Assembly: GCA_964534175.1 (NCBI GenBank)
Contig: CAZHNS010000003.1
Span: 63,939 to 127,938 of the forward strand
Origin: an uncultured bacterium
GTDB lineage: Bacteria > Hydrothermota > UBA3072
Direction of reading: 5' to 3'
Length of the DNA: 64,000 nucleotides
The translations under genes and the position numbers were made by a program. Of this stretch, positions 17,035 to 27,076 are shown in pieces. The notes under the pieces are model-generated. The model ran no database searches and was not told the DNA's origin. It worked only from the letters and a program-made list of their open reading frames with translations. Within the stretch, counting starts at the first letter, position 1. Every line of letters starts with the position of its first letter.

Positions 17035-19581
17035 CTAATTTGATATTTGCCTTAAAACAAATTCTCCCGTGAGTCTTATATCTTTTGATGAGCTTCCTAT
17101 TAAAACTTTAAATTTACCTTTTTCGGCAATCCAGTCTTTGCTTGCGATATCATAAAAAGAAAGAGCACTTTTATCCAATTCGAAACTGATTTTCTTCTTC
17201 TCGCCGTGTTTTAAAAAGACCTTCTTAAATCCTTTTAGTTCTTTAACCGGGCGTTCCACACTCGCTTTTATATCCTGGACGTATAGCTGGACTATTTCTG
17301 CGCCTGCACGCTCACCCGTATTTTCTATCGTCAAGTTTATTTTAACCGTCTCGTTTTCTTTTATATTCTTTTTATCTATTTTTAGATCGCTGTATTTAAA
17401 AGACGTATATGAAAGCCCATAGCCGAAAGGGAATAAAGGTTCGACTTTTTCTTTGTCAAAGTGGCGATAGCCTACAAAAATGCCTTCTTCGTAATGAACT
17501 TCCCCCTCTTTTTCCGGGTAATTACCGTAGGCTGGTGAATCTTCCCATTTTTTTATGAAAGTTGTTGGTAGTTTTCCCGATGGATTTACGTCTCCTAGTA
17601 TTATATCCGCCAGAGCATTTCCGCCTTCCTGCCCCGGATACCACGCGGCTATTAATGCGGGAACCTCATCTAACCACTCGTTCATAAGAACCGCAGCTCC
17701 ACCGTTTACGACCACTATAACGTTCTTATTAACTGAAGCGATATTTTTAATAAGTTTTACCTGTTCTGTTGGCAATGTCAATTCCTTTCTGTCTCCTCCT
17801 TCATGTTCTCTTACACCCACACAGACAATTGCTGCGTCAGCGCTTTTAGCCGCGGTTATTGCGGCATTAATCGCGGCCTCTTCTTTGTCCAGTTTTTTCT
17901 CTTCTAACTTCGTCCATCCAAGTACAACAGACGCACCGCCTATATTTTCAAAGTACTCAACTTTTATATCGTAAGATTCGCCTTTTTTAAGTTCAACAGT
18001 ATCTATTTTTGTGACTACACCATGCGGACCCCAGTTATCCACAATTTTTTTTCCATTTAGGTATAAATAACTTCCATCGTCGCTACTGGTCCCAATTATG
18101 TATTTACCGCTTGAAGGAGTAAGTAATTTTCCAGTCCATATTATGGAAAATTCATCTTTGTTAAGTTTTTCATCGGGTGAATCCAGATGGAAAATAAAAT
18201 TGATCTGTTTATCAATTCTACTAAGAACCGGTTTTCCTTCGAATGTTGGATTGTTATAATATTTGCCCAGTAAGCCCACTTCTCCAGATTTTCCTTTTGG
18301 AGGTCTAAGGTACGAAGATTCTATAGGTCTTATCAATTTTTCTTTAAATAGTCCTCTTTCATATATTACCTCAATATCTTTGCCGAGTTTGTTTTTGAGA
18401 CCGTCTAAAATGCTTACAGAATAAAAAGGATCAACATTTGAACTGCCTCCGCCTCCGATTATTGCTTCTTTAGCATTGGGACCGATAACAGCTATCTTGC
18501 TTATTTTTTCTTTGCTCAAAGGCAGCAGATTTTTTTCGTTCTTAAGCAGTACTGTTCCTTCCTCTGCAACTTTTAAAGCTAATTTTTGATGCTCTGGTGT
18601 ATTTATTGCTCCTTTGTCGAGTTTTTTATCAAAAATACCGGTTACGAACATTGTTCTCAGCATTCTTCTAATTTTATCGTTTATTTCTTTTTCTCTTATT
18701 AGTTCTCCTTGTACTGCTTGAAGTACTGCTTTTTTCTGCAGGTATCCCGCGGTTGGCATTTCGATATCCAGTCCGGCATAAAGAGTCGGAATTACGCTGT
18801 GGACAGCGCCCCAATCCGACATTATAAAACCTTTAAAGTTCCATTTGCCTTTTAAAATATCCTTCAGTAAATAAGTGTTTGCACAGCAATAATGTCCGTT
18901 TACTCTATTGTAAGCAGCCATCACAGACAAACAGCCTCCTTCGGTTACTGCGGCTTTAAAGGCTGGCAGGTATATTTCATGAAGGGTTCTTTCGTCTACT
19001 TTAACATCGACCCTGAATCTATTGTATTCCTGATTGTTGCAGGCATAATGTTTCGCGGTTGCTACGACATTTTCGCTCTGGACTCCTTTAACAAATGAGA
19101 CTGTCATTCTGGAAGCGAGGTATGGGTCTTCGCCGTAACTCTCAAAATTTCTGCCGCCGTGCGGGACGCGGTGAATACAAATACAGGGACCCAGAAGCAC
19201 ATTTCTGTCCCTTGCTTTTGTTTCTTTACCGATAGCTTTTCCTACTTCATAAATTAAATCTGTATTCCAGGTAGATGCCATCGATATGCTTGCCGGAAAA
19301 GCTGTCGCTTTCTCCCAGCGAACTCCGACAGGACCGTCTGTCATATTCATAGGAGGAATTCCGAGTCTCTCATTTGCCGGAGAATTAAATCCTTCTCCCT
19401 CTAACATTTCAACCTTTTCTTCCAATGTCATCCTGCCTAAAAGGTCTTCTACTCTTTTCTCTATTGGTTGGCTCTGGTCTTTATAAATCGGACTTCCATA
19501 AAGATTGCTATTGATAAAAGTTGTTATAAGTGTGAGTACTAATAATGAAATTTTTTTTAAAAAAGAAATTCTTGCTTTCAT
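17035..19581 (-). CDS. bglX: Secreted GH3 beta-glucosidase (BglX-like) with PA14 insertion and Fn3-like C-terminal domain
   Basis: Signal peptide; GH3 N-terminal motifs (RMTLEEK, GFIMSDWGAVHS, catalytic Asp region); PA14-like GLLGKYYNNPTFEGKPV. Confidence 0.85.
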   Translation of the reverse strand: MKARISFLKKISLLVLTLITTFINSNLYGSPIYKDQSQPIEKRVEDLLGRMTLEEKVEMLEGEGFNSPANERLGIPPMNMTDGPVGVRWEKATAFPASISMASTWNTDLIYEVGKAIGKETKARDRNVLLGPCICIHRVPHGGRNFESYGEDPYLASRMTVSFVKGVQSENVVATAKHYACNNQEYNRFRVDVKVDERTLHEIYLPAFKAAVTEGGCLSVMAAYNRVNGHYCCANTYLLKDILKGKWNFKGFIMSDWGAVHSVIPTLYAGLDIEMPTAGYLQKKAVLQAVQGELIREKEINDKIRRMLRTMFVTGIFDKKLDKGAINTPEHQKLALKVAEEGTVLLKNEKNLLPLSKEKISKIAVIGPNAKEAIIGGGGSSNVDPFYSVSILDGLKNKLGKDIEVIYERGLFKEKLIRPIESSYLRPPKGKSGEVGLLGKYYNNPTFEGKPVLSRIDKQINFIFHLDSPDEKLNKDEFSIIWTGKLLTPSSGKYIIGTSSDDGSYLYLNGKKIVDNWGPHGVVTKIDTVELKKGESYDIKVEYFENIGGASVVLGWTKLEEKKLDKEEAAINAAITAAKSADAAIVCVGVREHEGGDRKELTLPTEQVKLIKNIASVNKNVIVVVNGGAAVLMNEWLDEVPALIAAWYPGQEGGNALADIILGDVNPSGKLPTTFIKKWEDSPAYGNYPEKEGEVHYEEGIFVGYRHFDKEKVEPLFPFGYGLSYTSFKYSDLKIDKKNIKENETVKINLTIENTGERAGAEIVQLYVQDIKASVERPVKELKGFKKVFLKHGEKKKISFELDKSALSFYDIASKDWIAEKGKFKVLIGSSSKDIRLTGEFVLRQISN

Positions 19582-19623
19582 TCTACCTCCCTGATTATAT
19601 TTTTTGTTCAGGAAAATTTGATT

Positions 19624-20787
19624 TTAAAATGCGTCTTTTATAATTCCTCTTAATTCTTCATCGGTTAAAACTATTGGGTTACCCTGCATACTGTTTGATA
19701 TTTTTGCTTTGCCTATCAATTCTTCGATTTGTTCTTCTTTTAAATCGACTTCTGAAAGATGAGGCATATTTAGTTTTTCGTAGAGTTCATCTGTCCATTG
19801 GATTAAGTCTTTCGGTTTTGCTTTTTCGTTTTTTGTTACTATTCTTGCGATTTTTTCATATTTTTTGAATACTACAGATGAAGGTTTACGTTCCTCGAGG
19901 GCTTTGATATTTGCTTTTATAACATAGGGCAGAAGGATGCCGCAAACTACGCCATGGGGAGCGCCTATCATACCTCCCATTGGTCCTGCGAATCCGTGGA
20001 CTGCTCCGAGTTTCGCGTTCGCGAGGGCTATTCCGCCAAAGAGACTTCCTATGCACATATCTTCCCTTGCTTTTGCTTCGGTAGGATTGTTAAATGCTTT
20101 TAGAAGGGAGCGGCTTATTCTTTTTATTCCTTCCTTGCAGATTGCGTCTGTTAACATATTCGCTTTTATTGAAACATAGGGTTCTATTACCTGCGTGAAA
20201 GCGTCGAGTCCGGTACTTGCCGTTACCTCTTTCGGCATCGAATAGGTTAGTACTGGATCGAGTATAGCAATATCCGGGAGCATAAAAGGACTCCTGAGAC
20301 TAACCTTTACGGAGTGTTCATTTGATTTTATTACTGCGTTTTTAGTCACTTCCGTTCCTGTTCCCGCGGTTGTCGGTACCGCTATAAACGGAATAGTAGG
20401 GTTCTTTATGGGTTTGCCTCTGCCTATTACCTCTAGATAATCAAAGAGATCTCCTCCGTTTGTTACGAGAGCGGATACCGCTTTACCCGTATCTATGGCA
20501 CTCCCTCCTCCTATTCCAATTATTACGTCGGTTTTACTTCGACTGGCTAGTTTTAGACATTCGGTAACAACATTGGTTGTGGGTTCACCGTTTACGGAGA
20601 ACGTTTCGAATTTTATTTTTTTCTTTGTGAAATCGTCGAGTAAAAATTTACACCTGTTTTGATTTTTACCTGTGACGATGAGAGGCTTTTCCCCGAGATT
20701 TAAAGCATTATCCGGGATTTTTTCTGCGGATCCGTCCCCAAAAATTATCCATTTCGCGGTTGCGAATTCAAAGCGAGTTGCGTTCAC
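19624..20787 (-). CDS. Iron-containing (group III) alcohol dehydrogenase
   Basis: [16 protein letters not shown]-binding motif and His-rich metal site (HGVVCG / HGFAGP) of Fe-ADH family. Confidence 0.85.
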   Translation of the reverse strand: MNATRFEFATAKWIIFGDGSAEKIPDNALNLGEKPLIVTGKNQNRCKFLLDDFTKKKIKFETFSVNGEPTTNVVTECLKLASRSKTDVIIGIGGGSAIDTGKAVSALVTNGGDLFDYLEVIGRGKPIKNPTIPFIAVPTTAGTGTEVTKNAVIKSNEHSVKVSLRSPFMLPDIAILDPVLTYSMPKEVTASTGLDAFTQVIEPYVSIKANMLTDAICKEGIKRISRSLLKAFNNPTEAKAREDMCIGSLFGGIALANAKLGAVHGFAGPMGGMIGAPHGVVCGILLPYVIKANIKALEERKPSSVVFKKYEKIARIVTKNEKAKPKDLIQWTDELYEKLNMPHLSEVDLKEEQIEELIGKAKISNSMQGNPIVLTDEELRGIIKDAF

Positions 20788-21089
20788 CAGTCTGAATCTT
20801 CCGGAAATAAGTTTGAGAATTTAACACTGAATCTGGGTTCTGCCATCATGTCGGCAACCGAGTCTCTCCACTTTTTATAGTGGTCTGTTTCTTTATGTTT
20901 GGCTGGGTCGTCCGGGGTTTTATAAACTTCATTGAGAACGAATTTACTTTTATCATCATTTTGCTGAAGCACGTCGAATTGTGCTATTCCCGGTTCTTGT
21001 ATGCTGTTTTGGGCATTCTCGATTGATATTTTTTTGAATTCTTCGATTTTATCTTCTTTTACATGAACATGTACATGTACCACAAGCAT
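20784..21089 (-). CDS. ABM-domain (antibiotic biosynthesis monooxygenase-like) small protein
   Basis: 101-aa ferredoxin-like ABM pattern; stop overlaps ADH start (co-transcribed). Confidence 0.55.
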   Translation of the reverse strand: MLVVHVHVHVKEDKIEEFKKISIENAQNSIQEPGIAQFDVLQQNDDKSKFVLNEVYKTPDDPAKHKETDHYKKWRDSVADMMAEPRFSVKFSNLFPEDSDW

Positions 21090-21227
21090 AAATCCCTCCC
21101 TTATTTTTAAACAAAGGTAGTTTTATATAATATTGAAGTTCATTGTATAGTCAAGGTCTGGGAGGTTTGGAGTTTCTTACTTTTTTAAATCGTAATTTCT
21201 TGAAAAATAGAAATTATGATAGTTCCC

Positions 21228-21600
21228 TCACCCAATTTCCCGTTCAGGGTACCGTTCTTAAAAATCGTAGTCAATTTCCCCGACGGTCTTATTCGTAAGG
21301 AGTACTGTTCGAGAAAACCAGAGTCAATTCTCCCGGCGAGAGAATTGCTCTTTATCTCTCGCTCTCACTCTTTTCGATTTCTTCAAAATCGAAAAACCGT
21401 GCCCGTTCGAGCTCCGAGGTATTTTCCTGAACAGTACTCCTTACTCATTTTGAAGTTTAAGTCCATGCCCGCTCAGTCTGCGAGACATTTTTTATGAAAG
21501 GCATACCTGGACTTTTAAGATTTGAAGAAAACAAAAAGAAAAACCATGCCCGCTCGGTCTCCGAGGCATTTTTCCTGAACGGTACCCTTCACTTTTTTTT
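21228..21600. repeat. Composite hairpin-rich dispersed element, copy 1 (family A)
   Basis: Shares multiple blocks with 54418-54725 (gtcaatttcccc.acgg; aaggagtactgt...acag(t/c)actcctt outer inverted repeat; ccatgcccgctcg-hairpin-ttttttatgaaaggcat.cctg.acttttaag). Confidence 0.7.
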
Positions 21601-21667
21601 ATTTATGCTGAAATATATGTTATATCTTATTTAATAAAAAAAGCATGAAACTCCAATTGGGAGGGGG

Positions 21668-22849
21668 TTAGTCTATTAGATGTTCTTCTTCGACTTTTGA
21701 AAATAAAGCGCAGATTATGGTAAGAGTCCCTAATATAATAAAAGAATAGTTTAAAGACCACTCTACCATTAATCCGACAAGGGGATATATTACTGCACAC
21801 ACGAGACTTCTTACCATCGATATAGTAGAAATGACCGTTGCTCTGTTGTGCGATTCTATATATTTATTCATATAGCTTTGGAATAGTACCATTCTAGAAA
21901 GCCCAAATCCTGCTGTAAGACATATAATTACTATTGCCAGAGGTATATTGTTATTTATACCGAGCAGTATAAAACAGATACCCGGAAAAAGAGCACTGAA
22001 AAACAAATAACGTTTTTTTGAACCGAACAATTTTTCCAATTTATCAAAACCGTTCATTATGGGTATCTGAGAACCCGACATAAGAGAGCTAACCAGACCA
22101 AAATATATTATAGGGACGCCAAGCTCACCTAATAGTGGCTGGTACATCCATATTATAAAGAAGACCAGAGCACTTATTGAGACTAAATCGAAAGTGAGTA
22201 TTTTGAGGATCTTATGACCTTTGAAATATCTGATTCCGCTTTTCAGAGTGTCTATATATTTCCCTTTTTCCTCTTTTTCGCTTTTTATGTGTGGTTCTTT
22301 AAAAGTTAAAGCTACCAGGAAAGCACTGAAGAAAGGAAAGAATACAAACATCATCGCATATCTTAATCCAATTTTGGATGCTATAAGACTTCCTATCGGA
22401 GCTGCAATCATGATAGCGGACATTTCAAAACTTCTCAATCTTCCGATAATCTTTTTCGAATTAGATTCAAGGTCGATTTCTTTTAGGGTATCGTAGAGCA
22501 TAGCTTCATCACTGCCTGAGAGTAGAGAAAATCCCAGTGCCCAGAAAAATTCTCCCACAAAGAAGATGTAAAAATTAGGGACTGAAGAATACACAAGAGT
22601 CGCTATCGATGAAGATATTGCGGCTAGAACCAGAGAGGTTTTTCTTCCGAAACGATCTGCGATTGCTCCTGTAGGAATTTCCAGTAGTAATACGACGATA
22701 ACGTAGAATGATTGCAGAATCATTATCTGTGTGTAGCTCACTTTACCCCAATCAAGATAGAAGGGTACGAGTACACCCGAGATAAACATCAGCATATATA
22801 AAAACTTATATGTATAAATTTTCCAGATATTTGCTCTATAGGTTTGCAT
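21668..22849 (-). CDS. MFS transporter
   Basis: 12-TM topology, MFS loop motif (GAIADRFGRK). Confidence 0.75.
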   Translation of the reverse strand: MQTYRANIWKIYTYKFLYMLMFISGVLVPFYLDWGKVSYTQIMILQSFYVIVVLLLEIPTGAIADRFGRKTSLVLAAISSSIATLVYSSVPNFYIFFVGEFFWALGFSLLSGSDEAMLYDTLKEIDLESNSKKIIGRLRSFEMSAIMIAAPIGSLIASKIGLRYAMMFVFFPFFSAFLVALTFKEPHIKSEKEEKGKYIDTLKSGIRYFKGHKILKILTFDLVSISALVFFIIWMYQPLLGELGVPIIYFGLVSSLMSGSQIPIMNGFDKLEKLFGSKKRYLFFSALFPGICFILLGINNNIPLAIVIICLTAGFGLSRMVLFQSYMNKYIESHNRATVISTISMVRSLVCAVIYPLVGLMVEWSLNYSFIILGTLTIICALFSKVEEEHLID

Positions 22850-22917
22850 AGGGCTTATATTATATGATTGGAGAGAACAAAGGCAAGGTGTTAGGTATTA
22901 AGTCTTAGGTTTTAGAT

Positions 22918-23433
22918 TTAGTTGCCTAATTTTTTATCGATTCTCTTTATAAAACTCTCTTTCCCTTCCTGGTACTTGTCGATATCGTAACGATATTTTT
23001 TTGCCAATTTTTCTTTAAGGCGTGAATATTCTCCGGCGATCTTCGGATGTGAAATTAAATAATCTCTAAAATCGATATGCCTTTTGATTTGTGGACTTCG
23101 GCTTTGAAATATATGTACGTGGTGCGTTCGGTTATTTCCTCCTTTTTGGAAAAATCGTCTTTTCGGTATACCATATTCACCTAACGCAACATATCCTAAT
23201 TTTTCCATTTGTTTATTGTAGCTATCAACTTTGTTTATATCTTTAACTTCTACAATAATATCTATTACAGGTTTAGCTTTAACCAGCGGAATAGCAGTGC
23301 TTCCTATATGATGTATACTTATAAATATTTCTTTAAATATCTTTTCTATTTTCTTTGATTCTTCATTAAACTTTTGTTTCCAGGTTGGATTGTGGGGAAC
23401 GACTTTAACGATTCTTTTATTTTCCGGTGGCAT
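22918..23433 (-). CDS. GrpB-family (UPF0157, nucleotidyltransferase-fold) protein
   Basis: HHIGSTAIPLVKAKPVIDIIVEV and downstream HHVHIF motif typical of GrpB. Confidence 0.65.
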   Translation of the reverse strand: MPPENKRIVKVVPHNPTWKQKFNEESKKIEKIFKEIFISIHHIGSTAIPLVKAKPVIDIIVEVKDINKVDSYNKQMEKLGYVALGEYGIPKRRFFQKGGNNRTHHVHIFQSRSPQIKRHIDFRDYLISHPKIAGEYSRLKEKLAKKYRYDIDKYQEGKESFIKRIDKKLGN

Positions 23434-23476
23434 AGTAGATTATAAATATTATAAATTTGTTGTCAATTACTTATTT

Positions 23477-23573
23477 GATTGGTGCGTAGAAGCGTTAGTG
23501 CGTGAGCCTCTCCTTCCATCCAAGTATTTGGAATTTTAACTCTCTAACACTCTAACGCTCTAACCCTCTAACG
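23477..23573. repeat. Inverted pair of 8-bp-periodic arrays (GTTAG-type then CTAAC-type)
   Basis: gattggtg cgtagaag cgttagtg cgtgagcc (23477-23510) then ctctaaca ctctaacg ctctaacc ctctaacg (23542-23573). Confidence 0.6.
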
Positions 23574-23596
23574 ATTTTGTGTCTTCGTGGCTAAAA

Positions 23597-24112
23597 TTAT
23601 TTTTCTTTATTAAACATTTTCTCCGCGGGGCAGTTGATTTCTCTTTGCTTACAATATTTACACGCTAGAGAGCCACGAACGAGTTCGTTGCCTTTAGAAA
23701 CGAGTAAAAAAAGTAAAATTACGAATAATAATAATAACCAATTAAAATCCATAATCAATCTTACTATCCCTATTATCACGGGTATTATAGCGACAAGCAT
23801 ATCGGGTATAAGGTCTTTCCAGGTTATATTGTCGGACCAAGCGAATTTTTTTATGTCCCCCTTTTTGAAGAACAAGGAACATAATTTACCTTTTCCGAAA
23901 GCACATCTTTTGCCATAGTAATAGCAATTAATACAGCTTTTTCGAAGAAGACGGACTTCCAAAAAGACAATATACGCAAGATAGATTAGCAGCCAGATTA
24001 TTCCGAGCGGTTTGATTATTATTATACCAATTGTGTAGATGGATAATTGTAAGAGGTTCGAAATGATTATAATCCAGTAAGGATAATTTTCAAAACATTC
24101 AAATTCTTTCAT
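23597..24112 (-). CDS. Hypothetical membrane protein with Cys-cluster (zinc-ribbon-like) loops
   Basis: 171 aa, about 4 TM; CINCYYYGKRCAFGKGKLC and CKYCKQREINCP motifs. Confidence 0.4.
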   Translation of the reverse strand: MKEFECFENYPYWIIIISNLLQLSIYTIGIIIIKPLGIIWLLIYLAYIVFLEVRLLRKSCINCYYYGKRCAFGKGKLCSLFFKKGDIKKFAWSDNITWKDLIPDMLVAIIPVIIGIVRLIMDFNWLLLLFVILLFLLVSKGNELVRGSLACKYCKQREINCPAEKMFNKEK

Positions 24113-24218
24113 ATATAAATTATAAAAATTATTGATTTAATGTCAATTGTTTTTTTAATATTCCTTGAAACAAATAACAGACTCTCACGTCTAACTAATA
24201 AATAAACGGAGGTTAAAA

Positions 24219-24287
24219 ATGAAATTAACAAATAAAAGATTCGGAAAATTCAGAGAAGAGTATCAAATAGCAGACGAGTTAAAGTAG
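24219..24287 (+). CDS. Possible small ORF (22 aa, MKLTNKRFGKFREEYQIADELK) with strong RBS
   Basis: GGAGGT 5 nt upstream of ATG; followed within 30 nt by intrinsic terminator; no homology recognisable. Confidence 0.2.
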   Translation: MKLTNKRFGKFREEYQIADELK

Positions 24288-24315
24288 AAAACGAAAAATT
24301 GAGGAGAATAAAAAA

Positions 24316-24345
24316 GGCGGGTTCTTCCCCGCCTTTTTTGTTTTG
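24316..24345. terminator. Bidirectional intrinsic terminator (aaaaaaGGCGGGttcttcCCCGCCtttttt)
   Basis: Perfect 6-bp GC stem, 6-nt loop, A-run upstream and T-run downstream; lies 14 nt past stop of the 24359-26989 minus-strand gene. Confidence 0.65.
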
Positions 24346-24358
24346 ATTATGTCTGTAT

Positions 24359-26989
24359 CTATTTAATCAACACCATTTTTTGTTTTTCGCTTTTATTATC
24401 CGATGATACACTTATAAAATACGCGCCATTGGGAAGATTGCTCATATCGATATTTAGATCATAAGTGCCCTGTCTGTCTCCTACAATTTTTTCATCCAAC
24501 CTTATTCCAGCTGTATTGAAAATCTTAAGTTTAACTTGTTCGGAAGCTGAATTGACGAATGAAATATTGCAGATTCCCTTGCTTATTGGGGAAACTTTAA
24601 GGTCAAATTTACCGTTTTCTGACTTGATGTCATTGTCTTCATCGATTCCGGCAGATGCGCGTAACTTACCCCAGATGCGTATGGCATTCGCGGGATTATC
24701 GTTGATGTCTTCTGCCCAGTTTGGGAAAACAACCAGTATTTGAGAACCTCCGCCACTGGCGGCAGCAGGATTTGTTTGGTATGGTTCTATATCAAAAGAT
24801 GCGATTGGATATATTTCGATTATTGATCCGCCGGTGTTCACCGCTGCTCCCAGTACATTCTGAACTGTTTCGCTTTGACTATTTTGGCAGCCTACAAGAT
24901 AGTTTGTACCGTCGAAAACAATAAATGTTAATGATTGGGTCCCTGAATATGGAATAATGGGAACTCCGGAAGCATCGAGAACAGTGCCGTTTTGATGAAC
25001 CCTTGCCCCGTATATATCGGACGCGTTGCTGGTACGTCTGTCTTCCCATGCTACAAGATAATTCGTTCCGTCAAATGCTACTGCCGGTAGATACTGTCCA
25101 TTGTCGGCTGTTGAAATAGCGATACTGCTCGCGTCGATTGGATTTCCGGATTGATTTACTCTTACACCATATATATCCTCCTCAAAAGTACCGGAGCTAT
25201 TATCATACCATACTACAAGGTAATTGGTTCCGTCAAAGGCGACCGAGGGATAATCCTGCGCGAGAGCATCATCGGATATTACAGTTCCGGAAGGACTTAG
25301 AAGGCTGCCGTCCGGTTCTACGAGTGTACCGTAAATATCACGGGCACCATAACCATTACGTTCGTCTGACCATACTACTAGAAAGTTTGTGCCGTCAAAA
25401 GCAACGGAAGGGTATCTCTGTCTGCCTGTTGCAGTAGAAATGGCAATTCCTGGCGGATCGAGAACATTTCCGGATGTAGTAACGCGGGCGCCATAAATAT
25501 CGTTAGTACCACTTCGGTCATCCTGCCATACGACCAGATAAGTAGAATCGTTATCAAAAGCGACCGCGGGGTAACTTTGATTTCCTGTACTTGTGGAAAT
25601 CGCTATCGCGTCCTCATTAAGTTGTTCTCCCGAAGCATCGATAAGCATTCCATATATGTCTGGAGAGAATCCTCCGCTTCGAGCTTCCTCCCAGACTACA
25701 AGATAATTTGTTCCGTCGGACGCGACTGCGGGGTTACTCTGGGACTGAGCAGAAGACGAAATTAGAATTCCATCTCCGTCGGTTACTGTACCTGATGAGC
25801 TTATCCGGCAACCGTAAATATCAGTATAACCTCCGTTTCGGTTGTCTCTCCATGCAGCTAGCCATTGACCGCTGTAAGATATTACTGCTGGTGCTACCTG
25901 TTGAGCATCAATATTGACAATAGGAATGCCCGATGGATCCTGGACTGTTCCTGATGTGTTTACCCTGGTACCGTATATATCGGGATTGCCCGCCACATCT
26001 CTATTGTCATACCATACCACGAGATAGTTTGTACCGTCGAAGCTTACGGAAGGCATGTACTGGTAATCTGCTGCAGTTGATATTGCGATTCCTGCCGGGT
26101 TAAGGACAGTTCCGTCTGTATCAAGAAGAGTACCATAAATATTGTAGTCGGAGCCCGATCGCTTGTCATACCAGACAACGAGATAATTTGTGCCGTCAAA
26201 GTCGATGGAAGGACGATTTTGTTCATCGGAAGCGATTGAAATCTCGATTCCGGACGGATCGAGGACAATACCGTCTTGATCTACCCGTGACCCGTAGATA
26301 TCGTAAGTACCGTTTCGCTTGTCCTGCCATACCACCATATAATTGGTTCCGTCAAAAGAAACGTCGGGAAAATATTTGATAGAGTCAGTAACCGATATGG
26401 CAATTCCCTCGTTGAGTACAGTACCATCTTGAGCAACTCTTGCGCCGTAGATATCATAAGAGGAACCGCCCCTGCTGTCATACCAGACTACAAGATAATT
26501 GGTTCCGTCGAAAGCAACTCTTGGACTCATCTGAGAGCCGGCCGCGTCGCTGACTGCAAAGGGCTCATCATCTAAAAGTTCTCCCTCTTTAGAAACTCTT
26601 GCACCATAAATATTATGCGGGTTAGCTCCCTCTCTATCATGCCATACTACAAGATAATTAGTTCCGTCGAAAGCAACGTCCGGGTAAGGATCAGTGTAGT
26701 CGCATTTTGCGATTAATATACCGGCGGGATCGAGAAGATTACCGTTTTCGTCGATTCGAGCTCCATAGATATCCCAACCCCCGGCACGGCAATCATTCCA
26801 GACGACAAACGCCGTTGTATCGTCGGTCGCAATACGTGAACCAGCCTGGTTTTTTATAGCCGGAACATACACAAGAGTCGTATCGATTAAAAATCCGCCA
26901 GCTCGGAGATCCCTTGATTGTGGCCAAATATTTACCGTTGCAAGAAAAGTAAATAACAGAATAGCAATAGCAATCAATTTTTTATTCAT
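24359..26989 (-). CDS. Secreted protein with about 13 tandem ~50-aa beta-propeller-type repeats (FDGTNYLVVW.D.R.G..DIYG.RV) and T9SS C-terminal sorting domain
   Basis: Signal peptide; repeat consensus resembling TolB/PD40-like blades; C-terminal ...LKIFNTAGIRLDEKIV...YDLNIDMSNLPNGAYFISV...K matches Por-secretion tail. Confidence 0.7.
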   Translation of the reverse strand: MNKKLIAIAILLFTFLATVNIWPQSRDLRAGGFLIDTTLVYVPAIKNQAGSRIATDDTTAFVVWNDCRAGGWDIYGARIDENGNLLDPAGILIAKCDYTDPYPDVAFDGTNYLVVWHDREGANPHNIYGARVSKEGELLDDEPFAVSDAAGSQMSPRVAFDGTNYLVVWYDSRGGSSYDIYGARVAQDGTVLNEGIAISVTDSIKYFPDVSFDGTNYMVVWQDKRNGTYDIYGSRVDQDGIVLDPSGIEISIASDEQNRPSIDFDGTNYLVVWYDKRSGSDYNIYGTLLDTDGTVLNPAGIAISTAADYQYMPSVSFDGTNYLVVWYDNRDVAGNPDIYGTRVNTSGTVQDPSGIPIVNIDAQQVAPAVISYSGQWLAAWRDNRNGGYTDIYGCRISSSGTVTDGDGILISSSAQSQSNPAVASDGTNYLVVWEEARSGGFSPDIYGMLIDASGEQLNEDAIAISTSTGNQSYPAVAFDNDSTYLVVWQDDRSGTNDIYGARVTTSGNVLDPPGIAISTATGRQRYPSVAFDGTNFLVVWSDERNGYGARDIYGTLVEPDGSLLSPSGTVISDDALAQDYPSVAFDGTNYLVVWYDNSSGTFEEDIYGVRVNQSGNPIDASSIAISTADNGQYLPAVAFDGTNYLVAWEDRRTSNASDIYGARVHQNGTVLDASGVPIIPYSGTQSLTFIVFDGTNYLVGCQNSQSETVQNVLGAAVNTGGSIIEIYPIASFDIEPYQTNPAAASGGGSQILVVFPNWAEDINDNPANAIRIWGKLRASAGIDEDNDIKSENGKFDLKVSPISKGICNISFVNSASEQVKLKIFNTAGIRLDEKIVGDRQGTYDLNIDMSNLPNGAYFISVSSDNKSEKQKMVLIK
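24900..26700 (-). repeat. Intragenic tandem DNA repeats (~150-bp period) encoding the blade repeats
   Basis: Recurring g(t/g)(t/g)ccgtc(a/g)aa(a/g)gc(a/g)ac...gggta blocks roughly every 150 bp. Confidence 0.55.
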
Positions 26990-27076
26990 TAAAGCCTCCT
27001 TTTTGTTTTTTAACTTAGTATATAAATGTAATGTTATTGTACTGTTTTTTTATTATTTAGTCAAGAGTTTTTTAAT

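Noticed and set aside
21216-21497. 93-aa ORF on the plus strand
   Set aside because: Lies entirely on the family A repeat/hairpin element, has no RBS, and has a low-complexity translation. Treated as a by-product of the repeat, not a gene.
21228-21600. Integron attC-site interpretation of family A element
   Set aside because: Inverted repeats do not fit R''/L''-L'/R' core GTTRRRY geometry and no intI gene is present.
23477-23573. Possibility that the GTTAG/CTAAC arrays are a CRISPR array or telomere-like repeat
   Set aside because: Unit is 8 bp with 3-nt variable positions, far shorter than CRISPR repeats/spacers; no cas genes; arrays are only 3-5 units.
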